Assembly (NCBI GenBank): GCA_018816705.1
Contig: JAHIVG010000079.1
Location: 8,064-72,063 of the forward strand
Source: Nanobdellota archaeon
GTDB taxonomy: Archaea > Nanobdellota > Nanobdellia > Woesearchaeales > JAHIVG01
Direction of reading: 5' to 3'
Length of the DNA stretch: 64,000 nucleotides
In this document: piece after piece, positions 9,433 to 19,373 of the stretch
How the letters are laid out: every line of letters begins with the position of its first letter
Numbering within the stretch: the stretch's first letter is position 1
The notes under the pieces: model-generated
Database searches by the model: none
Told to the model about the DNA's origin: nothing
What the model saw: the letters and a program-made list of their open reading frames with translations, nothing else
Position numbers and translations under genes: made by a program

Positions 9433-10019
9433 GATAAGACAATCCTTTTGTCAGCCTCTTTCATATATCCGGCGGCAATAGCTTCGTCGATGACCTCTTC
9501 GAACCCGGTCAAGTGGTGTAAGGTGATGCCTGCATCCTTGAAGCCGTCAACAGCCTTCTGCATGCCATAGCTGAAGATGGCTACGCAGTGCTCAACCTTG
9601 GCTCCAGCCTCTCTCAGAGCTTCAATCGCAGAGAGTGAGCTGCCGCCTGTTGAGATCAGGTCTTCCACCAGCATGACCTTCTTTCCCTTGGGGGGGATAC
9701 CTTCTATGCGTTTGGCAGCCCCATACTCCTTGGTGGCTTTCCTGACATAGACCATAGGGAGATCCAGTGCTTCTGCAAGCCACGAAGCGAACGGTATGCC
9801 TGCTGATGCTGTCCCAGCTATCACATCTGGCTGGAGTTTATTTTTCTCAACCAGTTCCTTGAAAGCTGAAATGATCCTCTTCCTCTGCTCGGGGTAAGAG
9901 ATGAGAAGCCTGTTGTCAGTATAGATAGGGCTCTTGATACCGGAGACATAGGTGAATGGTTTGTCAGGGCTGAACTTAATCGCCTTGATGTCAAGCAGGA
10001 TCCTTGCGATCTCTTTCAT
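9399..10019 (-). CDS. pyrE: Orotate phosphoribosyltransferase
   Basis: PRPP-binding motif VMLVEDLISTGGS. It overlaps pyrF by 34 nt. Confidence 0.9.
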   Translation of the reverse strand: MKEIARILLDIKAIKFSPDKPFTYVSGIKSPIYTDNRLLISYPEQRKRIISAFKELVEKNKLQPDVIAGTASAGIPFASWLAEALDLPMVYVRKATKEYGAAKRIEGIPPKGKKVMLVEDLISTGGSSLSAIEALREAGAKVEHCVAIFSYGMQKAVDGFKDAGITLHHLTGFEEVIDEAIAAGYMKEADKRIVLSWAKDPKGWKP

Positions 10020-11187
10020 ATTTAACCTCCATTCCTTGTCCGGGGATCATGGCGCCTTCGTCATAGACCAACGTGCCGTTGATTATTGTGTATACAGGCC
10101 ATCCTTTAAGGGTTTTTCCCTCATAGGGTGTCCAGCCGCACTTCGAATGCAGCGTATCTGCTTTGACCTTCCTCTTGAGCTTCAAGTCGACGAGGGTGAG
10201 GTCGCCGTTGCCTACACTGATAGAACCCTTGCCCTGCAGTTTGAAGATCCTGGCAGGATTCTGGCTGCAAAGCCTGACGACGTCATTGAGCTTGAGCCTG
10301 TCTTTGTTGACAGCGTCGAGCAGCAAGGGAAGCATTGTCTCAACGCCTGGAACGCCGTACGGCGGCATGCCTCCCTCTTTGTCCTCGATCGTGTGCGGTG
10401 CATGATCAGAAGCTACGTGGGTAATCAGACCGTTCGAGATTGCCTGCCATAACGCGGCCACATCATCCTTAGGCTTCAAGCGGGGCTTCATCAAGGTGAA
10501 GGGTCCGGTGTCATCATTTTGGCTTAGGAATAGATGGTGGGGGCAGGCCTCGATGCCCAGCGGCGGATCCTTCTGCAGAGCCTGCAGCTCTTGAGCAGTG
10601 CTGACATGGCAAATCGAGACAGGAGTCGATGTCTTATGGGAAAACTCCAGGGCCTTTCTGACATTCTCTCCCTCAGCATGGCAAGTCACGAGCCTGCTTC
10701 TCCTGAAGACCTGCTCCAGGACAGTGTCATCTGTTATTGACAGGCTGCCAGTGCTCTCATCAAGGAAGACCTTGGTCGAGGCTGTGTTTTCAGGGACAAG
10801 CTCGTTCAATGTGTCGGGGGATGATCCGAAGTGGAAACCGAAGTTCACGACCGATCTCTTTGCGAGCCGCCTCTTCTCTTCCAACAGGTCCTTGGTCAAG
10901 GTAGGCGGTCTGTTGTTGGGCATGTCAAGGAATGTGGTCACGCCTCCTGCTGCAGCAGAGCAGCTGCCTGTCACAAAATCCTCCTTCTCAGTCTGGCCAG
11001 GCTCGCGCATGTGGACATGGCAGTCGATGATGCCTGGCAATACATACAATCCTCGGGCATTGATAACCTTGTCAGCAGGAAGCCTCTGCTTGGAGATGCT
11101 CTTTATGACTCCATCTTCTATAAGGAGGTTGGCCTCAGTAATCATGCCTGGGAGGAAGACCTTCCCGTTGAGAATGGCAATATTCAT
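9991..11187 (-). CDS. pyrC: Dihydroorotase
   Basis: Amidohydrolase fold with DCHVHMREPG and the metal ligands HV...DHAPH. Confidence 0.85.
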   Translation of the reverse strand: MNIAILNGKVFLPGMITEANLLIEDGVIKSISKQRLPADKVINARGLYVLPGIIDCHVHMREPGQTEKEDFVTGSCSAAAGGVTTFLDMPNNRPPTLTKDLLEEKRRLAKRSVVNFGFHFGSSPDTLNELVPENTASTKVFLDESTGSLSITDDTVLEQVFRRSRLVTCHAEGENVRKALEFSHKTSTPVSICHVSTAQELQALQKDPPLGIEACPHHLFLSQNDDTGPFTLMKPRLKPKDDVAALWQAISNGLITHVASDHAPHTIEDKEGGMPPYGVPGVETMLPLLLDAVNKDRLKLNDVVRLCSQNPARIFKLQGKGSISVGNGDLTLVDLKLKRKVKADTLHSKCGWTPYEGKTLKGWPVYTIINGTLVYDEGAMIPGQGMEVKYERDRKDPA

Positions 11188-12620
<1,433 letters not shown>

Positions 12621-12726
12621 TCAATGAACATTCAGGCCTGACGACACCTTTTTAACGATTACCATTCTATAATGATACTAAAAGTTTTAATAGACTGTAA
12701 CTGTTGATTCACCTGGTGGTGAGGGA

Positions 12727-13470
12727 ATGTTTGGTTTCTTCAAGAAAGATAAGAATAAGGATGTCGGCCCGTTCGGTGAGTTAGACGCACCGCCAGCGCC
12801 GCCGCCCATCATGGAAGGGTACAAATCGGTCAGTATACAGCCACCACCCCAGTACGCTCCACCTCACCCGATGTCAGCAAAGGAGATGGGATTGCCCCTG
12901 CCTGATGCCGGTGCAGGCCCTGAAAAGCCCATGCTGCCTGATTTCATGGACGACAAGCCGATGGACCTGCACATACCAGAGCCTCAGAAAGCAGCAGCGC
13001 CATTCCATGAACTGCCTAGGCCGCCTGGACACGCGCATCCAGTACCCATACATCCGCCTCCCCATCCTCCGCCGCACCCGCCTCCCCATCCTAGAGCGAT
13101 GCGACACACAACGCATCTCCCACCGGTCCATGAGCTGCACAGAGAGGCTGAGCACTTTGATAACATATTGGACCAGCTCCCCCATATTCCTCCGGTACCA
13201 GAACCAGTCATGCCAGGTCCCCCGATGCCATACTTCGGGGGAAGGATTAGGCATGAAGGAGACATATTCGTGAATGTGAAAGAATACCGAAACATACTTG
13301 AGCACCTAACCGGCATGAAGTCAGGGCTGAAGGCATTCGACGAGACGGTGTTCCATTATGCTGAGCGACAGTCAAAAGAAGAGAACGAGCTGACAAAACT
13401 GCGAAGGGTCTTCGAAGACCTGCAACGAAAGTTTTTGCTCGCAGACAGCAAGCTGTTCGAATCAGGGTGA
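12727..13470 (+). CDS. Hypothetical protein: a Pro/His-rich N-terminal region (HPPPHPPPHPPPHP) followed by a coiled-coil C-terminal domain
   Basis: The C-terminal domain DIFVNVKEYRNILEHLTG...KLFE is paralogous to the next two ORFs. Confidence 0.5.
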   Translation: MFGFFKKDKNKDVGPFGELDAPPAPPPIMEGYKSVSIQPPPQYAPPHPMSAKEMGLPLPDAGAGPEKPMLPDFMDDKPMDLHIPEPQKAAAPFHELPRPPGHAHPVPIHPPPHPPPHPPPHPRAMRHTTHLPPVHELHREAEHFDNILDQLPHIPPVPEPVMPGPPMPYFGGRIRHEGDIFVNVKEYRNILEHLTGMKSGLKAFDETVFHYAERQSKEENELTKLRRVFEDLQRKFLLADSKLFESG

Positions 13471-13718
13471 TACCTATGAGAGAAGAGCATAAAGATGTTG
13501 CTCCGATTTTCGTGAAAATTGACGAGTACAAGGAGATTATTGAAATCATCAACTCGATCAAGGGCAAACTGGACGAAGGGAGAGCCACCATAAAGAAGAT
13601 AGAAGAGCTAAAATCGCACGAGGAAGCAGAGCTCGACCAGTGGCGGAACGAACTAGATGAAGTCCAGAGGAAGATGAGCTTCATCGACAAGACCTTGTTC
13701 GAGCCAGAAGGGTTATAG
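13467..13718 (+). CDS. Hypothetical coiled-coil protein, paralog 2 of the trio
   Basis: PIFVKIDEYKEIIEIINSIKGKL...TLFEPE. Its start overlaps the upstream stop (ATGA). Confidence 0.45.
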   Translation: MIPMREEHKDVAPIFVKIDEYKEIIEIINSIKGKLDEGRATIKKIEELKSHEEAELDQWRNELDEVQRKMSFIDKTLFEPEGL

Positions 13719-13719
13719 A

Positions 13720-14139
13720 ATGGAAAAGGACGAAGCAATATTCATCGGCGTCAGGGACCCAGTGGAGCTGAGGAAGGACATACTGGAGTCATCAAAAGCT
13801 GTGGTGACTTCCTTGAAGGCCTTCCAAGAACGCAAACGCATCCACGAAGAGAAGCTGACAGAGATGGCGAAGCTGAAGGGGGTGGGGAAAGAGCTCCAGA
13901 GGCTCACAGCCCAGCTGAGGATACACCTCCCCACGGCCAAGCTCTCATCGATAATTGAGCAGAAGCGAAAGATTGAATCCTTGCTGCCCCATGAGCAGCC
14001 GAAGCCGGTCAAGAAGCCCGTGAAGAAAGTGGACAGGCCGAAACCAAGACCTGCGCAGCCCACGAAGCCGAAGTCAGAGCTCGACAAGCTCGAAATCGAG
14101 CTCACAGATATCGAGAGCAAGCTCCGCGGATTGAGATAG
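13720..14139 (+). CDS. Hypothetical coiled-coil protein, paralog 3, with a Lys/Pro-rich C-terminus
   Basis: AIFIGVRDPVELRKDILESSKAV..., then a KPVKKPVKK tail. It starts 2 nt after the upstream stop. Confidence 0.45.
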   Translation: MEKDEAIFIGVRDPVELRKDILESSKAVVTSLKAFQERKRIHEEKLTEMAKLKGVGKELQRLTAQLRIHLPTAKLSSIIEQKRKIESLLPHEQPKPVKKPVKKVDRPKPRPAQPTKPKSELDKLEIELTDIESKLRGLR

Positions 14140-14232
14140 TTCTATCGATAACCCTTATAGATAATGGCCCATACGGAATCTCATGTAAGAATTTATATAT
14201 AGGTGAGATATGTCCATTTCAAGGGTGGGAAA

Positions 14233-14862
14233 ATGAAAACGGAAATAATCCCGGCAATAATCGCCACAAACCAGGAAGAGCTGGACGAAAGGATAGAGAA
14301 AGTATCAGGCCATGCCGAAAAAGTGCAGCTCGACATCATGGACGGCAAGTTCGTCCAGAACACCTCGCTCTACTTCGACTTCAAGCTGCCTCAAGGACCA
14401 GTGTATGAAGCACACCTCATGGTCGAGCAGCCAGAGGAATGGATAGAGCAGAACTGGGAGAAGGCTGACGTCTTCATCTTCCACTACGAGAGCTGCAAGG
14501 ATGCGCGGGCAGCGATATCACTCATCAAGTCCAAAGGGAAGAAGGCAGGGCTGGCGATAAACCCCGAGACACCTGTTGAGGAGATCGAACAATACCTGTC
14601 AGAACTGGACCAGGTGCTCGTCATGACCGTAAACCCCGGATTCTACGGCAGCCCCTTCCTGCCAGAGACCCTGGACAAGGTGAGGCAGCTCAGGAAGCTG
14701 AATCCAGAGATGGACATTGAAGTAGATGGGGGCATCGCCTTAGAAACGGCAAAAGATGCGTATGAAGCCGGGGCGAACCTGCTTGTGTGCGGCTCATACA
14801 TCCAGAAGAGTGATTCGCCAGGCAATGCGATAAAATACCTCAAAGGCTTGACAGGAGGATGA
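14233..14862 (+). CDS. rpe: Ribulose-phosphate 3-epimerase
   Basis: LDIMDGKFV, HLMV, MTVNPGFYG and VDGG motifs. The likely start is MKTEIIP at 14233. Confidence 0.72.
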   Translation: MKTEIIPAIIATNQEELDERIEKVSGHAEKVQLDIMDGKFVQNTSLYFDFKLPQGPVYEAHLMVEQPEEWIEQNWEKADVFIFHYESCKDARAAISLIKSKGKKAGLAINPETPVEEIEQYLSELDQVLVMTVNPGFYGSPFLPETLDKVRQLRKLNPEMDIEVDGGIALETAKDAYEAGANLLVCGSYIQKSDSPGNAIKYLKGLTGG

Positions 14863-15764
14863 ACGTGTACGACACGATCATAATCGGAGCAGGCATCTCA
14901 GGCCTGACTGCAGCCATGTACGCAGCGCGAAAGCGCATGAAGTTCGAGATCCTGTCAAATAATTTCGGCGGGCAGTTCAACATCAGCGGAGAGGTCCTGA
15001 ACTACCCTGGCATTGTCAAGACGACCGGCTTGGAGTTCTCATCAGTCATGGAGAAGCAGATGGAGTTCAACGATGTAAAGGTCAAGACAGAGATCGTGAA
15101 AAAGCTGGAGAAAATGGGCAGTAACTTCAAGGTCACATCTGACAAGGGAAGCTATGAGACACAGACAGTCATAATCTGCACGGGCTCGAACGCCCGCAAA
15201 TTGGGCGTGCCAGGCGAGCAGAGGCTGGCGAACAAGGGTGTTACCTACTGCTCAATATGCGACGGCCCTGTCTTCTCGGGAATGGACGTTGCGATAATCG
15301 GCGGCGGAGATGCTGGGCTGGAAGCAGTGGACTTCATGAAAGACCTGGCGGAAAAAATCTATCTGGTCGTCAGAGGAAAGGAATTCACGGCCCACGAATA
15401 CCTCCAGGAAAAAGTCAAGAGCAACCCGAAAGTAGAAGTGTTGTACAACACGGAGACCAAAGAGATACTCGGAGACAAGTTCGTCAACGGCCTGAGATAC
15501 GAGCAGGACGGCGAGGAGAAGACCCTGAGCGTGAAAGGCGTGATAATCGAGATAGGCAGGGTAGCGAACACAGGCATTTTCAAAGGCACGGTCCCGCTGG
15601 ACGAGGATGGCCATATCATGATCGACTGCCAGGCGAAGACTCCGGTCCCCGGGATATTCGCTGCAGGAGACTGCGCCTCTGGTCATGAATACCAATATGT
15701 CATCTCCGCAGGGCAGGGCTGCATGGCCTTGATAAAAGCAGCGAGGCATCTGGCTTCAAAATGA
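14859..15764 (+). CDS. trxB: Thioredoxin-disulfide reductase
   Basis: FAD-binding GAGISG, redox CSICDG, a second GGGDAG and the C-terminal FAAGD. Confidence 0.85.
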   Translation: MNVYDTIIIGAGISGLTAAMYAARKRMKFEILSNNFGGQFNISGEVLNYPGIVKTTGLEFSSVMEKQMEFNDVKVKTEIVKKLEKMGSNFKVTSDKGSYETQTVIICTGSNARKLGVPGEQRLANKGVTYCSICDGPVFSGMDVAIIGGGDAGLEAVDFMKDLAEKIYLVVRGKEFTAHEYLQEKVKSNPKVEVLYNTETKEILGDKFVNGLRYEQDGEEKTLSVKGVIIEIGRVANTGIFKGTVPLDEDGHIMIDCQAKTPVPGIFAAGDCASGHEYQYVISAGQGCMALIKAARHLASK

Positions 15765-15810
15765 TCAATACCAAATCTTTAAAAACTCTCAGAATTCTCT
15801 TATGGCTATT

Positions 15811-16006
15811 GCGGGGGTAGCGAAGTGGTCAAAACCTGTATAGGTGACCAGACGCGCTGGACTCAAGACGAGTGCTGAGCTGGGAAGAAAACCTTCCTGG
15901 CGATGACTTGCGTGATATCCAGTCCCTTAGTGGGTTCAGGGGTTCGACTCTTGGCGCCCGGAGCGGCAAGGCTCCGAACGTCAGTGAGAAAGTCCCTTCC
16001 CCCGCA
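15811..16006 (+). tRNA. tRNA-Leu(CAA), apparently interrupted by three introns (D-arm, anticodon loop 37/38, T-loop)
   Basis: Manual fold:
- The acceptor GCGGGGG (15811-15817) pairs with CCCCCGC (15999-16005), followed by discriminator A.
- D arm GCG-AAGTGGTCAAAA-[18 nt insert 15835-15852]-CGC.
- Anticodon stem CTGGA/TCCAG around loop CTCAAGA (anticodon CAA at 15864-15866), with a ~48 nt insert.
- Long variable arm CCC-TTAGT-GGG.
- T stem AGGGG/CCCTT around loop TTCGACT, with a ~44 nt insert.
- A TATA-like tttaaaaa lies ~30 nt upstream. Confidence 0.5.
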
Positions 16007-16020
16007 GTTTCCTTTCTGAT

Positions 16021-16335
16021 TCATAGAACAACTGAGATGATGCTCCCATAATACTCCTGAGTCCTTGCAGCAAGATAAGGCATATCCTCTGAAGGATGTT
16101 GCCTAGAAATTTCTTGGACTTCATCTATTGCATCAAAGAGGCAAGTGATGTCGTTGGGATCAATGGGGACATTCTGCCTATGGAAATCTGCGACGTGCTC
16201 TGCCATGAGAGCCAGACCGGGCGAATCCGACCTGACGCATTGATAGGACGTAATTAAAGGACTGCAATGCTCATGAACATTTATACCTACCTTGCTGGCA
16301 ATCTCCATTACGACGGCTTGATCCATTATCATCAC
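16021..16335 (-). CDS. Hypothetical protein with a His/Cys-rich N-terminal segment (possibly AhpD-like)
   Basis: 104 aa; the motif HEHCSPLITSYQC is the only recognisable feature. Confidence 0.3.
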   Translation of the reverse strand: MMIMDQAVVMEIASKVGINVHEHCSPLITSYQCVRSDSPGLALMAEHVADFHRQNVPIDPNDITCLFDAIDEVQEISRQHPSEDMPYLAARTQEYYGSIISVVL

Positions 16336-16435
16336 CCCAAGCGGGGGTATTTGAGGATATTATTTATTCTTTTCGGTTATAAAAGAAGGCTAATAGGATA
16401 AGTAATCTCCTCTGCTTGTGGGTCCCCCTCATCAT

Positions 16436-17362
16436 TCAAAGCGCAATCCTGCCAGGCCGGTAGGTCGTGGCCCGTTTCCAACTACTCTCAACAGCTTTCC
16501 GCAGATCCATGTCATTCTCAAGAATTTCATGCAATGGCACGGTCAGCTGTATCCTTCCAGTTGATGCCTCTGCCTTTGGGGTGAAGCCAGGTTTACCTAT
16601 CTTGATGACAAGATCAACAACATCTGAGACGCGTGCGCGACCTTTGGATTCATAAGCATCCCAATACATAACCCTGGATTCCATGTGCTGGTATCTCTCT
16701 AAATCTGATTCATCCTCCAATAAGCAGGTATACAAGCTTCTTGCAGTGCCTGCATTCGGATCATTTGAAGATGGGGATATTGACCTGCCTGCGTGCCTGT
16801 TCCAATCAAGCCCGAGATGAACTGATCTTGGGAAGGCCATCATTGTCCCGGGCGGGAGGTCTGGATACGCAATAGAGAGGTCGACAATCTTGCAATCCCC
16901 CTCCTGAATCGATGTGACATATATCAATCCAGTGGGTGATCCATCAGGGTTCTGTGAATATAATAGGTCTGGAAGCCCATCAGAACCAGGTACGTTACCA
17001 CCTTCCCCTCCCATGATGAAGTCATTCTTTTGTGTGGCGAGAAGATTGTTATCCTGCATCAATCTAAGGAGCACCCGTCCCACATTTTTCCTTGTAGGCT
17101 CATATCCGAACTCATCACAAAGCCGTTCAGCGATAGAAGTATAATTATCACCTGGGCGGATAGCAATCGAATAACCAAATCTGCTCATATAGCCACCAGG
17201 TGTCAGTTGGTGAGGTCCATTGATCTCTCCGGGTGTCCCAAAGACGATCTCATGCGGAATTGTATAGCCTCCCTCTGTCTGAATAATCGCCTGGGCAGCG
17301 GAAGGAACCGTCAAAGCAGCTGTAGTAGTTAAACCAATGATAAGACCTGTTTTTTTATCCAT
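16436..17362 (-). CDS. Secreted protein with an N-terminal signal/TM segment and a LysM-like motif
   Basis: N-terminus KKTGLIIGLTTTAALTVPSAAQA. The LysM-like stretch is YSIAIRPGDNYTSIAERL. Confidence 0.4.
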   Translation of the reverse strand: MDKKTGLIIGLTTTAALTVPSAAQAIIQTEGGYTIPHEIVFGTPGEINGPHQLTPGGYMSRFGYSIAIRPGDNYTSIAERLCDEFGYEPTRKNVGRVLLRLMQDNNLLATQKNDFIMGGEGGNVPGSDGLPDLLYSQNPDGSPTGLIYVTSIQEGDCKIVDLSIAYPDLPPGTMMAFPRSVHLGLDWNRHAGRSISPSSNDPNAGTARSLYTCLLEDESDLERYQHMESRVMYWDAYESKGRARVSDVVDLVIKIGKPGFTPKAEASTGRIQLTVPLHEILENDMDLRKAVESSWKRATTYRPGRIAL

Positions 17363-17475
17363 CTTATATCACCCAAGATGGGGTAATCATTATCTTCTAT
17401 TTATATTTTTTCTCTGAAGTGGTTAAATTCCCTTTATCTATTATATCCCATCTCGGTCAAGGTCCTTCCCAGCAT

Positions 17476-18090
17476 TCATCTAACTGCCGAGAGGATATCC
17501 TCGGCGACAGAAGGGTAATCGTCGAGGCCGATGGATTCGGTGTCGATTATAGTATGGGTCAGCTTGAGGATGTCATCTATCTCGAAGTGCTCGTTCGTTC
17601 TCCTGACCTGCTCCTCCAGATGAGGCCTGTCTTCGGGATCCATGCCCTTATGGTCCCGCATCCTTCGCTCGACCTGGGTGTCGAAGGAGCAGTCGAGCCC
17701 GACGATGTAGAGGCCTTTCTCCTTGAGATAGCTGACGTTCGATGCCTTGGAGATGTTGTCGATGACGTTCCTTGCATTGTCCTTGCGCGCAGCCAGGGCT
17801 ATCTCAGCCATTATGGTGCCGCCGTAAGCTTCGATTATCCTCTGGCCGATGTCGTCCATCTCTTCGCGATGAAATTCTCCGATCTCTTCAGGAGGATTGG
17901 TGACAGCAGCCAGGAATCCGGGTTTTGGCATTGCGAGAAGGTCGGGATGAGTATCCAGCAGGGAAAGAGGTGAATAAGCAGTGTATAAGGCCATGGGAAC
18001 ATAGTTTATGCCAGCGTCCTGGTTCCTCATGGCAATCGCCAGTGAGGTCTTGCCAGCGCCCATTCCGCCAATAAGTAGGATGTCTCTCAT
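17476..18090 (-). CDS. P-loop NTPase / nucleotide kinase-like protein
   Basis: Walker A LLIGGMGAGKTSLA near the N-terminus; ~200 aa kinase-sized. Confidence 0.5.
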   Translation of the reverse strand: MRDILLIGGMGAGKTSLAIAMRNQDAGINYVPMALYTAYSPLSLLDTHPDLLAMPKPGFLAAVTNPPEEIGEFHREEMDDIGQRIIEAYGGTIMAEIALAARKDNARNVIDNISKASNVSYLKEKGLYIVGLDCSFDTQVERRMRDHKGMDPEDRPHLEEQVRRTNEHFEIDDILKLTHTIIDTESIGLDDYPSVAEDILSAVR

Positions 18091-18137
18091 CAGGCGAGGG
18101 AATCAGGTGCGGTTTAATAATTTTGTCAGAATGAACT

Positions 18138-19003
18138 CTAGTTCACAGAATGCTCATAATATCCCCTGTACATGGATGAAGGGGTCTGCATCAAGACGTA
18201 ATCTGGATGAGTGGCGAGCAGGTGGTAGACGAGCATGTCGCTCATCGCATCGACGTCGTTTGTGAAGGCAGCATAAACATTATCATACGGGCCTTCCTGC
18301 TGCTCCAAGTAGAGCTTCTGGCCGTCAGCCAGCTCGTAAGACACCCTTTTCTCCAGCCCGTCGTAACCCTTGGATTTTTCTGTGCTCAATACTCCTTCAG
18401 GCAAAGCGTAAATATCCCTCCTCTCAGGATCTTTTGCGTCCTGGACAACAAGATAGGCCACCTTCTCTTCTATGCCTGACGGCGTATACAGCCGCTTGTT
18501 CTCTGGTTTCTCATGAGGATCATATCTAATCGCAGAGGGAGACTTTCCGTCCTTTCCGTACATCTGATATCTCCCCTCATATTTTTGCAGGGCTGGATCC
18601 TTCTTCTTGTCCTTGGGCTGAGCATAGCTCATCAGCGCAGCGACCGGATCAAGGGAGTCTGAGACATCCTTCCTTTCCTCCTGGCCCTGTTTCGGACCAG
18701 CATCACCACCCATCTCTTTCATCATCTCGAAGACGCGTGTGTTCTCCGAGTATAGCGACGAGTCCTCCTTCTCGACAGGACTCTTTTGCGGGCCGATTAT
18801 GGGTGAGCTGTGGGTTGCGAGCCAGGGCTGAGCGATCAGAAGGGCTTTCCAAGAGTTGGGTCTCGGAGCGTTCTCAGTGCCTCGATCATTCATCGGCTTC
18901 TGCCTGTCCTGTCTGAGACTCTTTTGAGTAAGAAGACCATTCAGTCCTTGGTAGCCCTGCTGCTGTCCAGGACTGTAGCTAGTATCATATGTGCTAATCA
19001 TAC
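18138..19003 (-). CDS. Hypothetical hydrophilic protein
   Basis: The ORF track runs to 19133, but that extension overlaps the repeat element. A start at MISTYD (about 19003) is more plausible. Charged and Lys-rich; no recognised motif. Confidence 0.4.
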
Positions 19004-19093
19004 GAATTACCACTGAATAGGGGTATTTAAAGCTTTCGGTATGATTGGCTCTGTCCTGAGTGTCAATTTGCCTTCCTCGCTTGCAGGCAGATT

Positions 19094-19179
19094 CTCTTTT
19101 CCCGCCCTGCCACGCAAAGTGAGCAAAGCTCACTTGCGCCCAAGACTCCGTCTTTGGGGGGCGAGGCGGGAAAAGAGAG
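19094..19179. repeat. Hairpin repeat element, family X, copy A
   Basis: The outer stem ctcttttcccgcc / ggcgggaaaagag encloses the inner hairpin aAGTGAGC-aaa-GCTCACTt, followed by conserved caagactccgtctt. It is closely similar to 56804-56890. Confidence 0.6.
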
Positions 19180-19253
19180 CAAGCAACATTCAGCGCGACC
19201 GAGTCGCCAGACTTAGGACAGAGCCGGTTGTATATATAAACGCTTATCTGCCG

Positions 19254-19373
19254 GCCGCGTAGAAATCCTGGTTCTTTTTGATCCTCGCGAAAGTCAACAT
19301 GGTCACGCTCATATAAAAATCAGTCGCGTAACCGGATCAAAAAGAATCTCATTCTATCGGATTTCTACGCGGC
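19254..19373. repeat. Inverted-repeat element, family Y, copy A
   Basis: A perfect 15-bp terminal inverted repeat GCCGCGTAGAAATCC / GGATTTCTACGCGGC. An inner inverted repeat TGGTTCTTTTTGATCC / GGATCAAAAAGAA. A related copy lies at 47966-48096. Confidence 0.6.

Noticed and set aside
18138-19133. Upstream 44-codon extension of the 331-aa ORF into 19004-19133
   Set aside because: The extension overlaps the X repeat hairpin. An internal start at about 19003 is more plausible.
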